Virus record (IMG/VR): IMGVR_UViG_3300027785_000036
Span: 1 to 50,000 of that record
From: a virus
Lineage: Duplodnaviria > Caudoviricetes
Strand: one strand, 5' to 3'
Length of the DNA stretch: 50,000 bases
In this document: in pieces, positions 1 through 11,317 of the stretch
Numbering within the stretch: the stretch's first letter is position 1
Layout of the letters: the number at the start of each line of letters is the position of its first letter
Notes under the pieces: generated by a model
What the model saw: only the letters and a program-made list of their open reading frames with translations
Told to the model about the DNA's origin: nothing
Database searches by the model: none
Made by a program: the position numbers and the translations under genes

Positions 1-2470
1 AATAACCATCACCACCAGTATGTTGATAATAGTTGACTAACACAAGAATGTTACCTTGTGGTTGAGCTGCACCAGGAATTAAAGTAATTGATGCGTGGTC
101 ATAGTAACCGTCTCTTTGCCCATTATCAAAAGAATAACGATTTGTAACATCATAAGAAGAATTTGTCAACATAGCCAATGTTGGTGTAGTACCAACAGCT
201 TTTGTATCAATAATTTTAACGATTGATTGAACATCAGACAAATATAAGGATTGTTTACTTCTAGGTGTAACCAATCCGGCTTGTTGAATGTATATGTGGC
301 CAGTTGAAGTTAGTGATACATCATCAACAAAAGTATATGTTGCAACAGTAGTACCGTTTGTTTTAATTGTTGTTGTATTAGCAGTAATTAAATTTTTGAA
401 TTTTAAGAAATGACTTGAGTTATCAGCATTTGTGGCATATACTTTTTCTAATACAGTTGCTGTAAAGTCACCAGAAATGCTTGCTACTGGAATACTTAAT
501 GTAGCTGTTGCTCCAGCAATGTTTACTGTTCCACCTAAGTATGACCAAGGTATAGTTTGACCAATGGCCAGGTTTGAGGTACCAGCACTAGTGACAACAA
601 ATAACCAATTTTGTGTAATAGCATCAGAACTTAAGTTTCCATTACCTAAATGTGAAACAACACCGGCATAGTCATTACTTGAATATACAATAGTTTGTAC
701 CGCAGAACTTCCGGTAACGTTGAAGTTGACACCTGTAGTTAATTGTTGTGTGGTGTAAGATGCACTTGACAATGATGCAACATAAGGTGAACCTATAGTA
801 TATAATAATTCTGGTGCACCTGGATTTTGTAAAATAGTGTCACCAGTAGAAACACCACCAACACGACCTGATGCATTATTAATACTTGCATAAGCAGTGA
901 TTCCAAAAGTTGCGTTTGCTGATACAATAGTATCAATATCTTTGATATCAAAGTTCAATTCAAATACAGATGTTGCATCTGGTATGACTGTCCAGTTTTG
1001 ATTAACGGTCGCAACTCTAGTTACACCATTATATGAAGTGATTGTACGGAAATCACCAGCACTTGTACCTTTTTTGATAGAAATATTTACACCAACATAT
1101 GAAGTGTTAGATTGTGAATATGTACCAGGTAAAGTAATTGTACTTGCCGTAGCAGCAATCGCATTGGCTGTCAATACAGCATTTTGAATATCATGTACAT
1201 ATGCTTTATACACATATGTGTTTGCATTATTACTAGTTGTATTATAATCATAAATGAAATTTCGAATATAACCACTACCAACAACGGTAGAATTATATGT
1301 TGCGGTATTGGTACTATTGATGTTTGCTGTTGTGACACAATGTAGGTCAATTGTTTGACCTGTAGTTACACCAAAAAATGATCCAGTTGCGCCACCACGC
1401 ACGGTGTCAACATAGAAATATGAACCGTAGTCAATGAACGCAGGTGTGTTATCCTGTGAACCTGTGGTCCTGGCACGATTAGATACCAAATCCACATTTT
1501 TAGAATTTTGAATTCGGTAACCATGAACATATGCCAAACCTTTACCAACCGATAATGTGTATATTTCTGTATTGGCATTTGCTCTTGGTGTTAATTTGTA
1601 ATCTTCAACAACATAATCACCATTTGTTTCATAATCACGTTTCGCAAAATAATCATCGATAACATTATATACAGAACTTTCAACTAAATTTGAAACTACA
1701 CCAGATTCAACACGAACTAATTCCACAAATTTATCATCATCACCTAATGAAATTGGACGTGTATCTAATTCTAATGATATAACATAACGGTCAGCTCCTG
1801 GTGCTTGATAGTTTGATGCACCAATTGCTGGATCCAATAAAGATGCGTCATTGATGTAATCGTAAATTGTTTCTGTGATTGTAAGACCAACACGTTTTGT
1901 TGGCGTATTACTATATTTGTCTAATATTGTGGTGGATGGAGAAATTTGTACAAAATTACCCAAAATGTAAAACACACCTTGTGCAATAGAAGCAACAGAT
2001 GCGTAACCAGTTGCATCCGCAACAAGTGCTGTTGCTGCTAAATTAGATACAGTATCATATATTACATCACCGTTTTGAAAATGATTTCCTGATTTATAAG
2101 ATAAAATCAATGTTGGTGGATCACCACCAGTTGAAGTTGCTACGGCAACCACCTGAGCGATAATTGTTCCTGTAGCATCTGAAACTAACAAACCATCAAA
2201 ATCTGTTATATCAACAGCAGCACTATTGTATGTTGTTTGTATTTTTACATAATATACATTTAAGTTTGTTGTTACTTGTCCACCAGTGACTGGTGAATTT
2301 TGTTTGAAGATATTATCAGCAAACTTTGTAACTTGATCCTGCAGGATGGTTTGAGCCTGAGTTAATTCTCTGGCTTGAACCGCACGACCCGGTTTAAATA
2401 AAATACGATGAAAGTTTTTTGTTTGGTCAAAATCATCGTAATATGGATCAACGTTAAAATTCAGAGACAT
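1..2470 (-). CDS. large virion structural protein, DUF4815/VrlC-like (3' end runs off the window)
   Basis: Absent from the ORF track because it is truncated. Manual translation from ATG 2470 gives MSLNFNVDPYYDDFDQTKNFHRILFKPGRAVQARELTQAQTILQDQV, the N-terminus typical of this family in T4-like phages; AAGGA SD upstream. Confidence 0.85.
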   Translation of the reverse strand, partial: MSLNFNVDPYYDDFDQTKNFHRILFKPGRAVQARELTQAQTILQDQVTKFADNIFKQNSPVTGGQVTTNLNVYYVKIQTTYNSAAVDITDFDGLLVSDATGTIIAQVVAVATSTGGDPPTLILSYKSGNHFQNGDVIYDTVSNLAATALVADATGYASVASIAQGVFYILGNFVQISPSTTILDKYSNTPTKRVGLTITETIYDYINDASLLDPAIGASNYQAPGADRYVISLELDTRPISLGDDDKFVELVRVESGVVSNLVESSVYNVIDDYFAKRDYETNGDYVVEDYKLTPRANANTEIYTLSVGKGLAYVHGYRIQNSKNVDLVSNRARTTGSQDNTPAFIDYGSYFYVDTVRGGATGSFFGVTTGQTIDLHCVTTANINSTNTATYNSTVVGSGYIRNFIYDYNTTSNNANTYVYKAYVHDIQNAVLTANAIAATASTITLPGTYSQSNTSYVGVNISIKKGTSAGDFRTITSYNGVTRVATVNQNWTVIPDATSVFELNFDIKDIDTIVSANATFGITAYASINNASGRVGGVSTGDTILQNPGAPELLYTIGSPYVASLSSASYTTQQLTTGVNFNVTGSSAVQTIVYSSNDYAGVVSHLGNGNLSSDAITQNWLFVVTSAGTSNLAIGQTIPWSYLGGTVNIAGATATLSIPVASISGDFTATVLEKVYATNADNSSHFLKFKNLITANTTTIKTNGTTVATYTFVDDVSLTSTGHIYIQQAGLVTPRSKQSLYLSDVQSIVKIIDTKAVGTTPTLAMLTNSSYDVTNRYSFDNGQRDGYYDHASITLIPGAAQPQGNILVLVNYYQHTGGDGY

Positions 2471-2480
2471 TTTTTTCCTT

Positions 2481-3905
2481 TTAGTAACCTAGTACTATTC
2501 TTATTTGTTCTATACCATCAGAACTTCTTTGTACACCAGTTCTATTTTCTAAGAAAGAAATATAACCTGAAAATGGAGAAAAGTCTGGAGTAGTATAAGA
2601 CAATAAAGTTCTGTTAGTTCTTGAATCATTTCTAACAGGACTATTGTTCGTTGGCGTTCCTGTTGTATTTATCAGTCTTAAAACATTGGTTGCTGGATCA
2701 AAAGATAAAACTCTTGCAATAAAAGTTGCATTATCAATTGAATCTGTTGATCCTTGATAAATGATTTCATCTGGTGTATATACACCAAATCCAGGTGCAA
2801 CTGTCAAATCTGTGCTTGTTTTATATATTGAACTGTTTGCTGGATAAGGACCAGCAGCTCCATCATTTTGTGCCTGTAACCATCTTTTTGCTGAAGTTGG
2901 ATTAACAATTAAACCTATCTGGTGATAATCAATGTCAGTAGGTATTACACCACCTTCAGAACCATTAAATTCTGTCGTAAACATTACATGAGAACAACCC
3001 AAGTCAGAAACAGGATCAAATCCATGACCACCGATTGGTGATGTTGGTGAAAATGCCATTGCACCGGAACCTATAGAAGATACGATTGCAACATTAGCAT
3101 AAGTGTAATTTGTTCCCGGATTTGTAACTATAACATCAGCTACAGAACCAAGACTTACATTTGCTACAGCAGCTGCACCCGTTCCATCACCAGTTATTGT
3201 GATAGAAATAATTGCGTTGGCTGGATCATATCCTGAACCAACACTTGTTATATTAATAACATCAATACTTCCACGACCAGCAGTATTATCAAATGTGTTT
3301 GGTGTATTGGTTCCGATACCAACAGGCATCCATGCCTTATCCATAAATTTAACTTTTAAACCAGTATCTATCGTATAGATATATTTCCATTTGTACTTGT
3401 CAGCACCTTGAAATATGTTATTTGTGTTATAAGTTCCAGGTTGAAAATATGGTTCTACTGTGGATGCATTCAGAACAGTATTATCATATTCATCTAAAGT
3501 TGTGTTATTCCACAAACATTTGAAAACTTGGTCGTATTTGTTTTTGACATAAAAGTTTCGAATTAGATAACCATTGCTATCTAATTCCACCATATTAACA
3601 TCATCTTTATAATAATCATATACCACACCAGATTCCCAATCTATTCTCTGAATTACTGGTGATATTTCACTTGTGGTAAGTAATTTTGTCACAAACATAT
3701 TCTTCATCACTTGTTTCATATACTTCTGGTCGGAAGTTGGAACAGGAGGATTGGCTTCGTCCGTCCAAGGATCAGCTTTAGCTAAGAAACAATAAGTTGT
3801 GCCAATTGGTATGTTATATCCCTGAATAACAAGTACCGGTGAAAGGTACTGTTGCTCGATAATAGCAACTTTAGCTGATGGTGGTATGATATTTTTATTT
3901 GCCAT
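2481..3905 (-). CDS. gp8: baseplate wedge subunit gp8-like
   Basis: Motifs VIQRIDWESG, VFKCLWNN, DKYKWKYIYTI and C-terminal ENRTGVQRSSDGIEQIRIVLGY; synteny with gp6/gp7. Confidence 0.85.
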   Translation of the reverse strand: MANKNIIPPSAKVAIIEQQYLSPVLVIQGYNIPIGTTYCFLAKADPWTDEANPPVPTSDQKYMKQVMKNMFVTKLLTTSEISPVIQRIDWESGVVYDYYKDDVNMVELDSNGYLIRNFYVKNKYDQVFKCLWNNTTLDEYDNTVLNASTVEPYFQPGTYNTNNIFQGADKYKWKYIYTIDTGLKVKFMDKAWMPVGIGTNTPNTFDNTAGRGSIDVINITSVGSGYDPANAIISITITGDGTGAAAVANVSLGSVADVIVTNPGTNYTYANVAIVSSIGSGAMAFSPTSPIGGHGFDPVSDLGCSHVMFTTEFNGSEGGVIPTDIDYHQIGLIVNPTSAKRWLQAQNDGAAGPYPANSSIYKTSTDLTVAPGFGVYTPDEIIYQGSTDSIDNATFIARVLSFDPATNVLRLINTTGTPTNNSPVRNDSRTNRTLLSYTTPDFSPFSGYISFLENRTGVQRSSDGIEQIRIVLGY

Positions 3906-3915
3906 GATTTATTTA

Positions 3916-5223
3916 TTATGATTTAGACACTTTTACAAATGTATTTGCAAGATCCGAATTAATATTAAAGAACCTCAAATGAGCAGAACTTGCTGCTGCA
4001 ATGGTAAATGTGAGGGAATTAACTGTTGAATTCAAAGATGATACACCGTGTGTTATTGTACGGTTATTATTATCATCATTTATTAACCAAACTTCAACAG
4101 CTTTACCTGTAGTAAAATTGGAATGTGTTATTGTTAAGTCAGCGACTAAGTTTGCTTTAATCACGGTGTCTGTTGAATAATCAATTGCTAGTGTGGTTTG
4201 ATTGCCAACCGGTATTCTTACTGTTGGATATATTTGAAGAAGTGCATTATTAGCTGTCGTAAATGCACCGTTAGCATATATTGCAGCTGAGTTTGCCACA
4301 TAACTTGGTGTATTTGCCACTAGGAATGCAGCATTAGCTTGTATGAACGCACCATTAGCATAGATTGCCGCTGAGTTGGCTACATGAGTTGGTGTATTTG
4401 CCACTATGAATGCAGCATTAGCTTGTATGAACGCACCATTAGCATATCTACCAGAAACAACTGCTTTAGTATCTGCGATACCAGCGTTAATTATTCCTGT
4501 TGCAGCAGAATCAGCTGCTGTGTTGGCAAATGCACCTGCTGAGTTGGCTGCACCGAAGGCCGCATTCGCATATTGACCAGCAGAATTTGCTTTTCCAAAG
4601 GATGAATTGGCCGCAGTACCGGCAGAACCACTCGATGTATTTTGTGAAGTACCATCTGCAAAAACTACGTTGCGGTTAAATGTCAAAGCACTTGAACTCA
4701 TTTTTGCAACTACAGCGTTGGCTGCACCGCCACCTGCAATGAATCGAATTTCTTTACCTGTTGTTACAGCACCAACAACCAAGTTTCCACCCCATGTATT
4801 ACTTGTACTACCTTGTGTATAGATATAACCATCTAAACGATTAATCGAAGTGTCTAAGCTATTGGTTTCTGAACCAGGATTAAAATCTTTGTTTGCATAT
4901 CCCATATCAATGAAATATGTTGTGTCGGTACCTGAATTTGCAGTAACAACAAAATCAGCAGAACCACCATCATCTGTATTAACCAAATTAGTCTGAATGT
5001 AAGAAGCAGAATTCAAAGAGAATTGAGCAATTGTGTCTGGTAAATCAACTATTCTTGCACCAACATTCAATACTTCATTGGAATACAAACCTTGTGCTAA
5101 AGTATGTGCTGTGAATTTACCTGTCACACCAGTTGGAATATCCACACCAACCAATAGTGTATTGGCTGTGTTGGAATTAATTGTTGTTAGCGCAGCTAAG
5201 TCTGAAATTTTTACTGTTGACAT
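3916..5223 (-). CDS. putative tail fibre/baseplate-attached structural protein with Ala/Asn coiled-coil repeats
   Basis: N-terminal KISDL motif common to fibres; AN.AF..AN.A heptad repeats; position within the baseplate cluster. Confidence 0.55.
   Translation of the reverse strand: MSTVKISDLAALTTINSNTANTLLVGVDIPTGVTGKFTAHTLAQGLYSNEVLNVGARIVDLPDTIAQFSLNSASYIQTNLVNTDDGGSADFVVTANSGTDTTYFIDMGYANKDFNPGSETNSLDTSINRLDGYIYTQGSTSNTWGGNLVVGAVTTGKEIRFIAGGGAANAVVAKMSSSALTFNRNVVFADGTSQNTSSGSAGTAANSSFGKANSAGQYANAAFGAANSAGAFANTAADSAATGIINAGIADTKAVVSGRYANGAFIQANAAFIVANTPTHVANSAAIYANGAFIQANAAFLVANTPSYVANSAAIYANGAFTTANNALLQIYPTVRIPVGNQTTLAIDYSTDTVIKANLVADLTITHSNFTTGKAVEVWLINDDNNNRTITHGVSSLNSTVNSLTFTIAAASSAHLRFFNINSDLANTFVKVSKS
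4263..4445. repeat. in-frame ~84-bp tandem repeat (28 aa, ANGAFIQANAAFxVANTPxxVANSAAIY)
   Basis: Two near-identical copies plus a partial third, visible in DNA and protein. Confidence 0.8.
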
Positions 5224-5226
5224 TGT

Positions 5227-8007
5227 TTATCCTATTATTAGAACTCTTTCATCTTCTGTTGTTATTAATCTACCATCTTCTGTTACCATTTCTGGAACAT
5301 ATTGTAAACCAACTGGTCCGTAAATTATTATATCTGCACCGTTTGCTGTAAATGTTCTGTTGACGGACAAATAAGAGTTTGCAGTTGCACTCAAATTACC
5401 TGTCAAGTAAATCTTACCACCAGTATAGTCTACATAATTAACTGTCTTACTTGTATTATTCCCAACAAGAACCTTATCACCAGCATATACAATATCTTTT
5501 AATGGATATGCAGTATTACTATACACACCATTATTAACAATATTATATGAATTTGTTATAGTAGTAATATTTATGACGTTGGAACCAGAGTTACCTGTTA
5601 CTGTTGCCACATTTGCAAATGTCAACCAAACATTACTTGCAAGTGTAATTGTGTTTGCATTTGTGTTAACTGATAATACTTCCGAACGTATTGTCGGTCC
5701 ATGTTGTGGAACAATTACTATTTCAGATGATGGTATTCCTGGCACATAACCGTATATGAAATCAGACAATTTAGCACCAAGTAGGTTGGTGAAATGTATA
5801 ACATTATTACTTGGATTGTTAAAATCCGATAGTATTTCGAGACCAGATGCTGTATAACCTGTATAATACTCTAATGTTTTTCCTTGAAATAGAGCTTCCA
5901 GTCCACGATAATTAATACTATTATTGGATTTCATTACATTACGACCAATAAGATTTGTTCCTGATGGATGCAACAATTTCAATAATACATCTTTATATTT
6001 TGAAATTTCTTTTTCAACTGTAATTTGATATGTAAAGTTGTTATAAATTAAACTTTGTAATACATCAAATGAACTTGGTTGTCCCTGTGATGTTAGATAT
6101 TGACCTTGACTTACAACCAATCCATTTAAAAATGACGCAGTACCTTTTGCATTACCGTCACCATAATTTTTATAACTTAGTGTATTGTAATTGATACCTT
6201 TGTTATCAATCTTTAATACTTTTGTTGAGTCAGGATTAGAATTGTAATTGAATACTCTTAAATTAAATGTTGATAAATCTGGTGTAACACCAACTGAAAT
6301 ATTTGTTATAGAATCAACAAATGCAATGTATGTCGCTGTATTTATGTTGTTGCCTTGATATATTAAATCACCAGATAATGGGAAATTACTGATTGATACA
6401 TTTGAAACAACAATGTCTTGTACCTTCAAAGATACATTTGGTGTAGAAATATAATCTTCACCTGGATTTGTCAAGTTGATTGTTGTAACCGAACCCGCTC
6501 TGTCAACCACGACACCAACTTCTGCGCCTAAACCCAAAATACTAGGAATATAAAGACTTGCACCATTCGCTTGATTGTTGGCTGAATTAACTGTTAATGT
6601 TGGTAAATTATTAATGTTATAACCCATACCACCCAAAGGATAATCTACAGTTGGACCAGAAACATAACGAACTAATGTGATAGCACCATTAGCTGCAACT
6701 GTAATGACATTTGCTCTTGCGCCAACTCCAGGTCCACCGGAAAAAACAATCTTATCGTTTGCTACATATCCACTACCACCATTTAATATTTGTATAGGTG
6801 CCAGAATTCCTAAAGAATCTAAACTTTCATATGTTAAAATATCTGTTAAATATCTTGATTCTAAAGTAATACCTGGTATTTCACGAATACCTCCGCCACC
6901 ATTAGTGACAGAAATAGATGAAACTGGAAATGTTGTAAAAGCACTAAATGTAAATGCATTTGCTAGTGTTGTATTAGCATTTGATGTTGCAATATTAGAA
7001 AAATTGTAATTGATATTATCAATTGTTATATTTTTCTTTAAACCTATTGTATCCGTAGGTATATAAGCAACGTTAGCAATCTTACGTGAATCTGGATCTA
7101 CTGTGGCTACCTGCGCAGCTGCACCTGGAGCATTTGATATAGTAATAGTTGTGTTTGGTGTATATCGGTATCCATAACCACCATCGATTACGTTAATACT
7201 TTTGATAGAACCCGTTGTTATTTCTGATATTTCAGCGATTGCACCAACCACATCCGTATTTGATGTTAATCCATTATAAACAACAACAGGATCACCAACT
7301 TGATATAGTAAACCTCTATTATTAGGATCAATCTTAACTTGACTAATTTGACCTACAATTTTTGATCTTAGTGGTTGACCACCAAATAAAACATCTTGAT
7401 TATAATTATCAACAACTCGTACAAATTCTCCAGATTGAAAAAGTCTTTCAATATTTGATATAAAAACTTCTGTTTTTGTTCCAGCAACTAAAGAATTTTC
7501 TACTGTTGCTATAGATTTTGTTGTTTCACCAAACAATCTTAGATTGTTGATGTTCAATAGATTCGGATCTAATGAATTTAATTTTAAACTTTTTGCAACA
7601 TACCATGAACCAGCAGAAGCTTTTAATACAGCATCTTTAGTGTAAAATATTTCAATATCAGCATTATATAATAACCTAAAAAGAAACTGATAAGAAGCCG
7701 GTATACCTTTGGTTTGATATAATTCTTTGGCAATCTTTACTGCTTTGTTTCTATCAACTAGAATTTCTTGTGGAAAAAATGGTAAAAAATCATTTGTAAA
7801 ATAATCTATAAATTCTTCAGTTGTTGTATCAATATCTTTATAATTTAAAAGATTTTTTGTTCTATCTGTTACCTCACCCTCTTGTTCCAACCACTCATAG
7901 TATGCTTCTAAAAACAATTTAAAATTGGCATAGTCAGGATTATCCCTGACAAATTCAGGTAGTTGAGATGATACTAATAAGGAGGTGTTATGACCGTCTA
8001 ATATCAT
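5227..8007 (-). CDS. gp7: baseplate wedge initiator gp7-like
   Basis: N-terminal SQLPEFVR..FLEAYYEWLE, ELYQTKGIPASYQFLFRLLY and C-terminal LQS..YNNFTYQI..LLHPSG; follows gp6. Confidence 0.75.
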   Translation of the reverse strand: MILDGHNTSLLVSSQLPEFVRDNPDYANFKLFLEAYYEWLEQEGEVTDRTKNLLNYKDIDTTTEEFIDYFTNDFLPFFPQEILVDRNKAVKIAKELYQTKGIPASYQFLFRLLYNADIEIFYTKDAVLKASAGSWYVAKSLKLNSLDPNLLNINNLRLFGETTKSIATVENSLVAGTKTEVFISNIERLFQSGEFVRVVDNYNQDVLFGGQPLRSKIVGQISQVKIDPNNRGLLYQVGDPVVVYNGLTSNTDVVGAIAEISEITTGSIKSINVIDGGYGYRYTPNTTITISNAPGAAAQVATVDPDSRKIANVAYIPTDTIGLKKNITIDNINYNFSNIATSNANTTLANAFTFSAFTTFPVSSISVTNGGGGIREIPGITLESRYLTDILTYESLDSLGILAPIQILNGGSGYVANDKIVFSGGPGVGARANVITVAANGAITLVRYVSGPTVDYPLGGMGYNINNLPTLTVNSANNQANGASLYIPSILGLGAEVGVVVDRAGSVTTINLTNPGEDYISTPNVSLKVQDIVVSNVSISNFPLSGDLIYQGNNINTATYIAFVDSITNISVGVTPDLSTFNLRVFNYNSNPDSTKVLKIDNKGINYNTLSYKNYGDGNAKGTASFLNGLVVSQGQYLTSQGQPSSFDVLQSLIYNNFTYQITVEKEISKYKDVLLKLLHPSGTNLIGRNVMKSNNSINYRGLEALFQGKTLEYYTGYTASGLEILSDFNNPSNNVIHFTNLLGAKLSDFIYGYVPGIPSSEIVIVPQHGPTIRSEVLSVNTNANTITLASNVWLTFANVATVTGNSGSNVINITTITNSYNIVNNGVYSNTAYPLKDIVYAGDKVLVGNNTSKTVNYVDYTGGKIYLTGNLSATANSYLSVNRTFTANGADIIIYGPVGLQYVPEMVTEDGRLITTEDERVLIIG

Positions 8008-10091
8008 GATGATTTGGCTGTAACGTTAACCACAATTGCATTTGAATCAAATGGATCGATTGTAATAATTCTATTATATGTTGATGAAATGATTGTTGTG
8101 GTTGGAACAGATGATATTGTTAATTGTCCTAGTGGATTATCAATATCAATTGGATTAAAAGAATTTAATGTTACAATACCTAAAGTGTAATCGATTGTGC
8201 CAACATTTGCTTCAAAAACTGTTTTTGCATTTTGTGAATCATAATAATATGTTCTGAGTGTACCGTAACGACCTTCTAAACTTACTGTGGCTGCACCTAG
8301 TGATCCAGTTGTTGTTCCTTCTGCTGGTGTTATAGTAATAATAGCACTTGTATATCCGATACCTTTAGTTAATACATTAATTTTTTGGATTGAACCATCG
8401 CCGGTTATAATTGCTTGAGCGATTGCTCCAGTACCATCACCAGAAATAGTAACAGTTGGTGCGCTTTGGTAACCAAAACCCGGATTCAAAACGGAGATTG
8501 TTTCAACACCACCAGTTGATGACGGAACTTCTTCAACATAAACATTTGCAATTGATTGAGCAAAATTCAAAGGATTTCTATATGTTATAGAGGGTGTTGT
8601 GTTTACTCCACTTTGGAACATACCACGTTTTAATGATGAACCGTAATATAAGTTATATGTTGATGGAGTTGTTAAATTTGGTGTAAACTTTTTCTGTAAC
8701 TGTAATGAAATTTCATTTGTGATTATTGACGTACTTACACTAGCAATTGCTTTACTAAAATCCGTGGCAGAAAAAGTTGAATTGAATGTGTTTAAATTGG
8801 TTGCAGCTAAATTACTAATTGTTGTTTTAACTGCATCTTTGATTTGTGATGCGGTTAAATTTGTTTTTCTAGGATCATAATACACATTTGCCGTCAATTG
8901 AATATATGTGTAATCTGGATCAACTATTGTTGGTTCCACAGTCATTATAGAAATCGGTCTAATAACGTCAGCAATCAATCTTTCCTTTTGTGTAGCAGAA
9001 AGAACATATGCACCAGAAGGTTTAACAGTAATAAATACTTGGCCGTAAACGGGTGGATCATTTTCTTGTCCACCCCAAACATTTACGGCATCAAAACTAT
9101 ATCCTAAGTTGTTTTGTTGTATAACTGTAATATAATCTTCTTTGGTAACAGCACGTTTTTGTGAAGAATATGATTTTGGTGCTTGATATTTAATAGAATC
9201 AATAGATTCACGTAATGAACCTTTTGTTGTTGGTGTTACAGGATATATTGTTGCATTTGAATAACCACCAAATGAAGACATTAATGCAAAATTGTTTGCA
9301 CCATAAGAATCTGATCCTGATGTAGTAAGATATGAAATTAAAACAATATTTCCATCAGTAAGTTTTTTACCTAAAATTCCATCACCAAAAGAAATATCAT
9401 ATCCACCAGAAATATTTTCTTGTAAAAAATATACCAAAGATGATGAATCTAAAGTTAAGTATGTTTCGGATTTGTTATAAATTTCAATAGATGTATTTGA
9501 TGATGATTTTTGCACCAATACTTGTATTGTTGTAGTATCGATGTTTTCCGCTGATAGAAAAAATACATATTTTGGATTGTTAGTTGAATTTACTGAAAAT
9601 GATAGAGATGCTGGAATACCTTGTTTTAATATAACATTAGGAAATTCAGCTTGATTTGTAATTAAGTTTACGGTACTTGTATAAGAATCGGTTGTCACAA
9701 AGGTATAGTTGACACCATCAATTGCTTCTGACATAAAAGGTGTAAACTTTGGCAAGGTCAAGGTTGGATCCGAAACTGCATTCATTGTCAAATTAATTAT
9801 TGCGGTTGGTGCCAATGCTGATTTTGGTACATAATTCATTAATTTGGCTTGAGATACAACAGAACTTCTTTGCAATGCAGTATCCAAAAACATTTCATTG
9901 GCAACCATATTTAAATAATATGCATTATATTGTGTATTATATGCAAGAACATCCAAAAGAACAGACAGAGCTGAACCTTCATAATTATAATCTTTTAATA
10001 TGTCTTGAGACTGTAAATATGTTTTCAGATTGTTTTTAATTGTATTAAAATCCAAATCTGTCATTTGAATGTTTGAATTAGCACCAGCCAT
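8004..10091 (-). CDS. gp6: baseplate wedge subunit gp6
   Basis: LDFNTIKNNLKTYL, DYNYEGSALSVLLDVLAYNT, QKRAVTKEDY, VWGGQENDPPVYGQVFI. Confidence 0.93.
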   Translation of the reverse strand: MAGANSNIQMTDLDFNTIKNNLKTYLQSQDILKDYNYEGSALSVLLDVLAYNTQYNAYYLNMVANEMFLDTALQRSSVVSQAKLMNYVPKSALAPTAIINLTMNAVSDPTLTLPKFTPFMSEAIDGVNYTFVTTDSYTSTVNLITNQAEFPNVILKQGIPASLSFSVNSTNNPKYVFFLSAENIDTTTIQVLVQKSSSNTSIEIYNKSETYLTLDSSSLVYFLQENISGGYDISFGDGILGKKLTDGNIVLISYLTTSGSDSYGANNFALMSSFGGYSNATIYPVTPTTKGSLRESIDSIKYQAPKSYSSQKRAVTKEDYITVIQQNNLGYSFDAVNVWGGQENDPPVYGQVFITVKPSGAYVLSATQKERLIADVIRPISIMTVEPTIVDPDYTYIQLTANVYYDPRKTNLTASQIKDAVKTTISNLAATNLNTFNSTFSATDFSKAIASVSTSIITNEISLQLQKKFTPNLTTPSTYNLYYGSSLKRGMFQSGVNTTPSITYRNPLNFAQSIANVYVEEVPSSTGGVETISVLNPGFGYQSAPTVTISGDGTGAIAQAIITGDGSIQKINVLTKGIGYTSAIITITPAEGTTTGSLGAATVSLEGRYGTLRTYYYDSQNAKTVFEANVGTIDYTLGIVTLNSFNPIDIDNPLGQLTISSVPTTTIISSTYNRIITIDPFDSNAIVVNVTAKSS

Positions 10092-10092
10092 T

Positions 10093-10485
10093 TTATCTGT
10101 TTCTCTCTAAAAGAATTGTTGTTGTCGTTGGTTGTGTTGCATTTTCTATATAAAATGTTATTGTAACTTTGTATGCGTTTGCGTCTGTCATACCGTTTAC
10201 AGTAACATTTTGTATATTTGCTCTAGGTTCATATGCTTTAATCAAATTTTTTATAAGGCCTTCCATTGTTACAGCAACAATTGGAGATATGTTTTCAAAC
10301 AACAAACCAGTAATCTGAGAACCTAGGTCAGGATTAAAAAGACGGTCATAATTCTGAGTATTCAATAGATTTCTAATAGAACGTGTTACCGCTTGCACAT
10401 CATAACTCAATGCAATATCAGCCGTCACAGGTTTCTTCGTGAAGGTGAAATCTATGTCGGAATATATTCGGTTTATGGTTGCCAT
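10093..10485 (-). CDS. gp25: baseplate wedge subunit gp25
   Basis: YSDIDFTF, AVTRSIRNLL..RLFNPDLGS, YEPRA. Confidence 0.9.
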   Translation of the reverse strand: MATINRIYSDIDFTFTKKPVTADIALSYDVQAVTRSIRNLLNTQNYDRLFNPDLGSQITGLLFENISPIVAVTMEGLIKNLIKAYEPRANIQNVTVNGMTDANAYKVTITFYIENATQPTTTTILLERNR

Positions 10486-10492
10486 CTTTTAT

Positions 10493-11308
10493 TTATGAGT
10501 TTATCCTAGACTTCAATTTATCAGATCCAATGTAATTGTTGAATAGGTATGATTCCGTCTGTCCTATTGAAGAAAACTGATCCACTTTATTATAATCATC
10601 AATAACCGCACGTGAATTATTGAAAAAAGTAACATCAGAAGTTCTGCGGCCATTCATTAAATCAGCAATTGGTTGTAGATTACTTACCATTGTTGACACT
10701 TGAGATGGTGTCAGATTGGTAGTATATGAATATGTTGGTGCACCTGTGTCTGGATCTGTGCCCGCAGTTAAAACAATACTATTGGCAACCAAACCACGGT
10801 AGGTCTGAATTGTTGTATTTTGTGTAGATAGTGTGTTTGCAACTGTTAAACTAGTAAAATTACCCATCATAGGTGCATTATTTTGTATTCCGTCAGACTG
10901 AAAGGTGATATACATGAGTACCTTACTCGCAGACATTGCAGAAAAATAATGTGGTAGTGTTGCTGTACTTTCGTTTGGTTGTGTTATTCCTGAGATTCTA
11001 TCTGTATGCAATAAAAAATTATTACTAGCAGCTCTCACATTGTTTGTGGCTGTAACTAGAGTGGTCATGTTAGACACACTAGTAACTCCAGTAATTGCAA
11101 TTATAGAATTTGCAGTATTCCATATGCCTTGTGTTACATTTGCAACAGGATTGGAAAAATAACCACTTGTACTAGAGCTTGCCATATCTGCGGTTTGCCA
11201 CGAATTTAACAATGGTGGCATCGTATTCATTGTTGCAATTGCTGTATTTGACAAACTTATGGTTATTGTGTTTGCTGAATCGTATCCTAGTCTACTAAAA
11301 ATGCTCAT
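10493..11308 (-). CDS. hypothetical virion protein
   Basis: 271-aa Ser/Thr/Asn-rich ORF with SD, inside the baseplate operon. Confidence 0.6.
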   Translation of the reverse strand: MSIFSRLGYDSANTITISLSNTAIATMNTMPPLLNSWQTADMASSSTSGYFSNPVANVTQGIWNTANSIIAITGVTSVSNMTTLVTATNNVRAASNNFLLHTDRISGITQPNESTATLPHYFSAMSASKVLMYITFQSDGIQNNAPMMGNFTSLTVANTLSTQNTTIQTYRGLVANSIVLTAGTDPDTGAPTYSYTTNLTPSQVSTMVSNLQPIADLMNGRRTSDVTFFNNSRAVIDDYNKVDQFSSIGQTESYLFNNYIGSDKLKSRINS

Positions 11309-11317
11309 AATATATCC

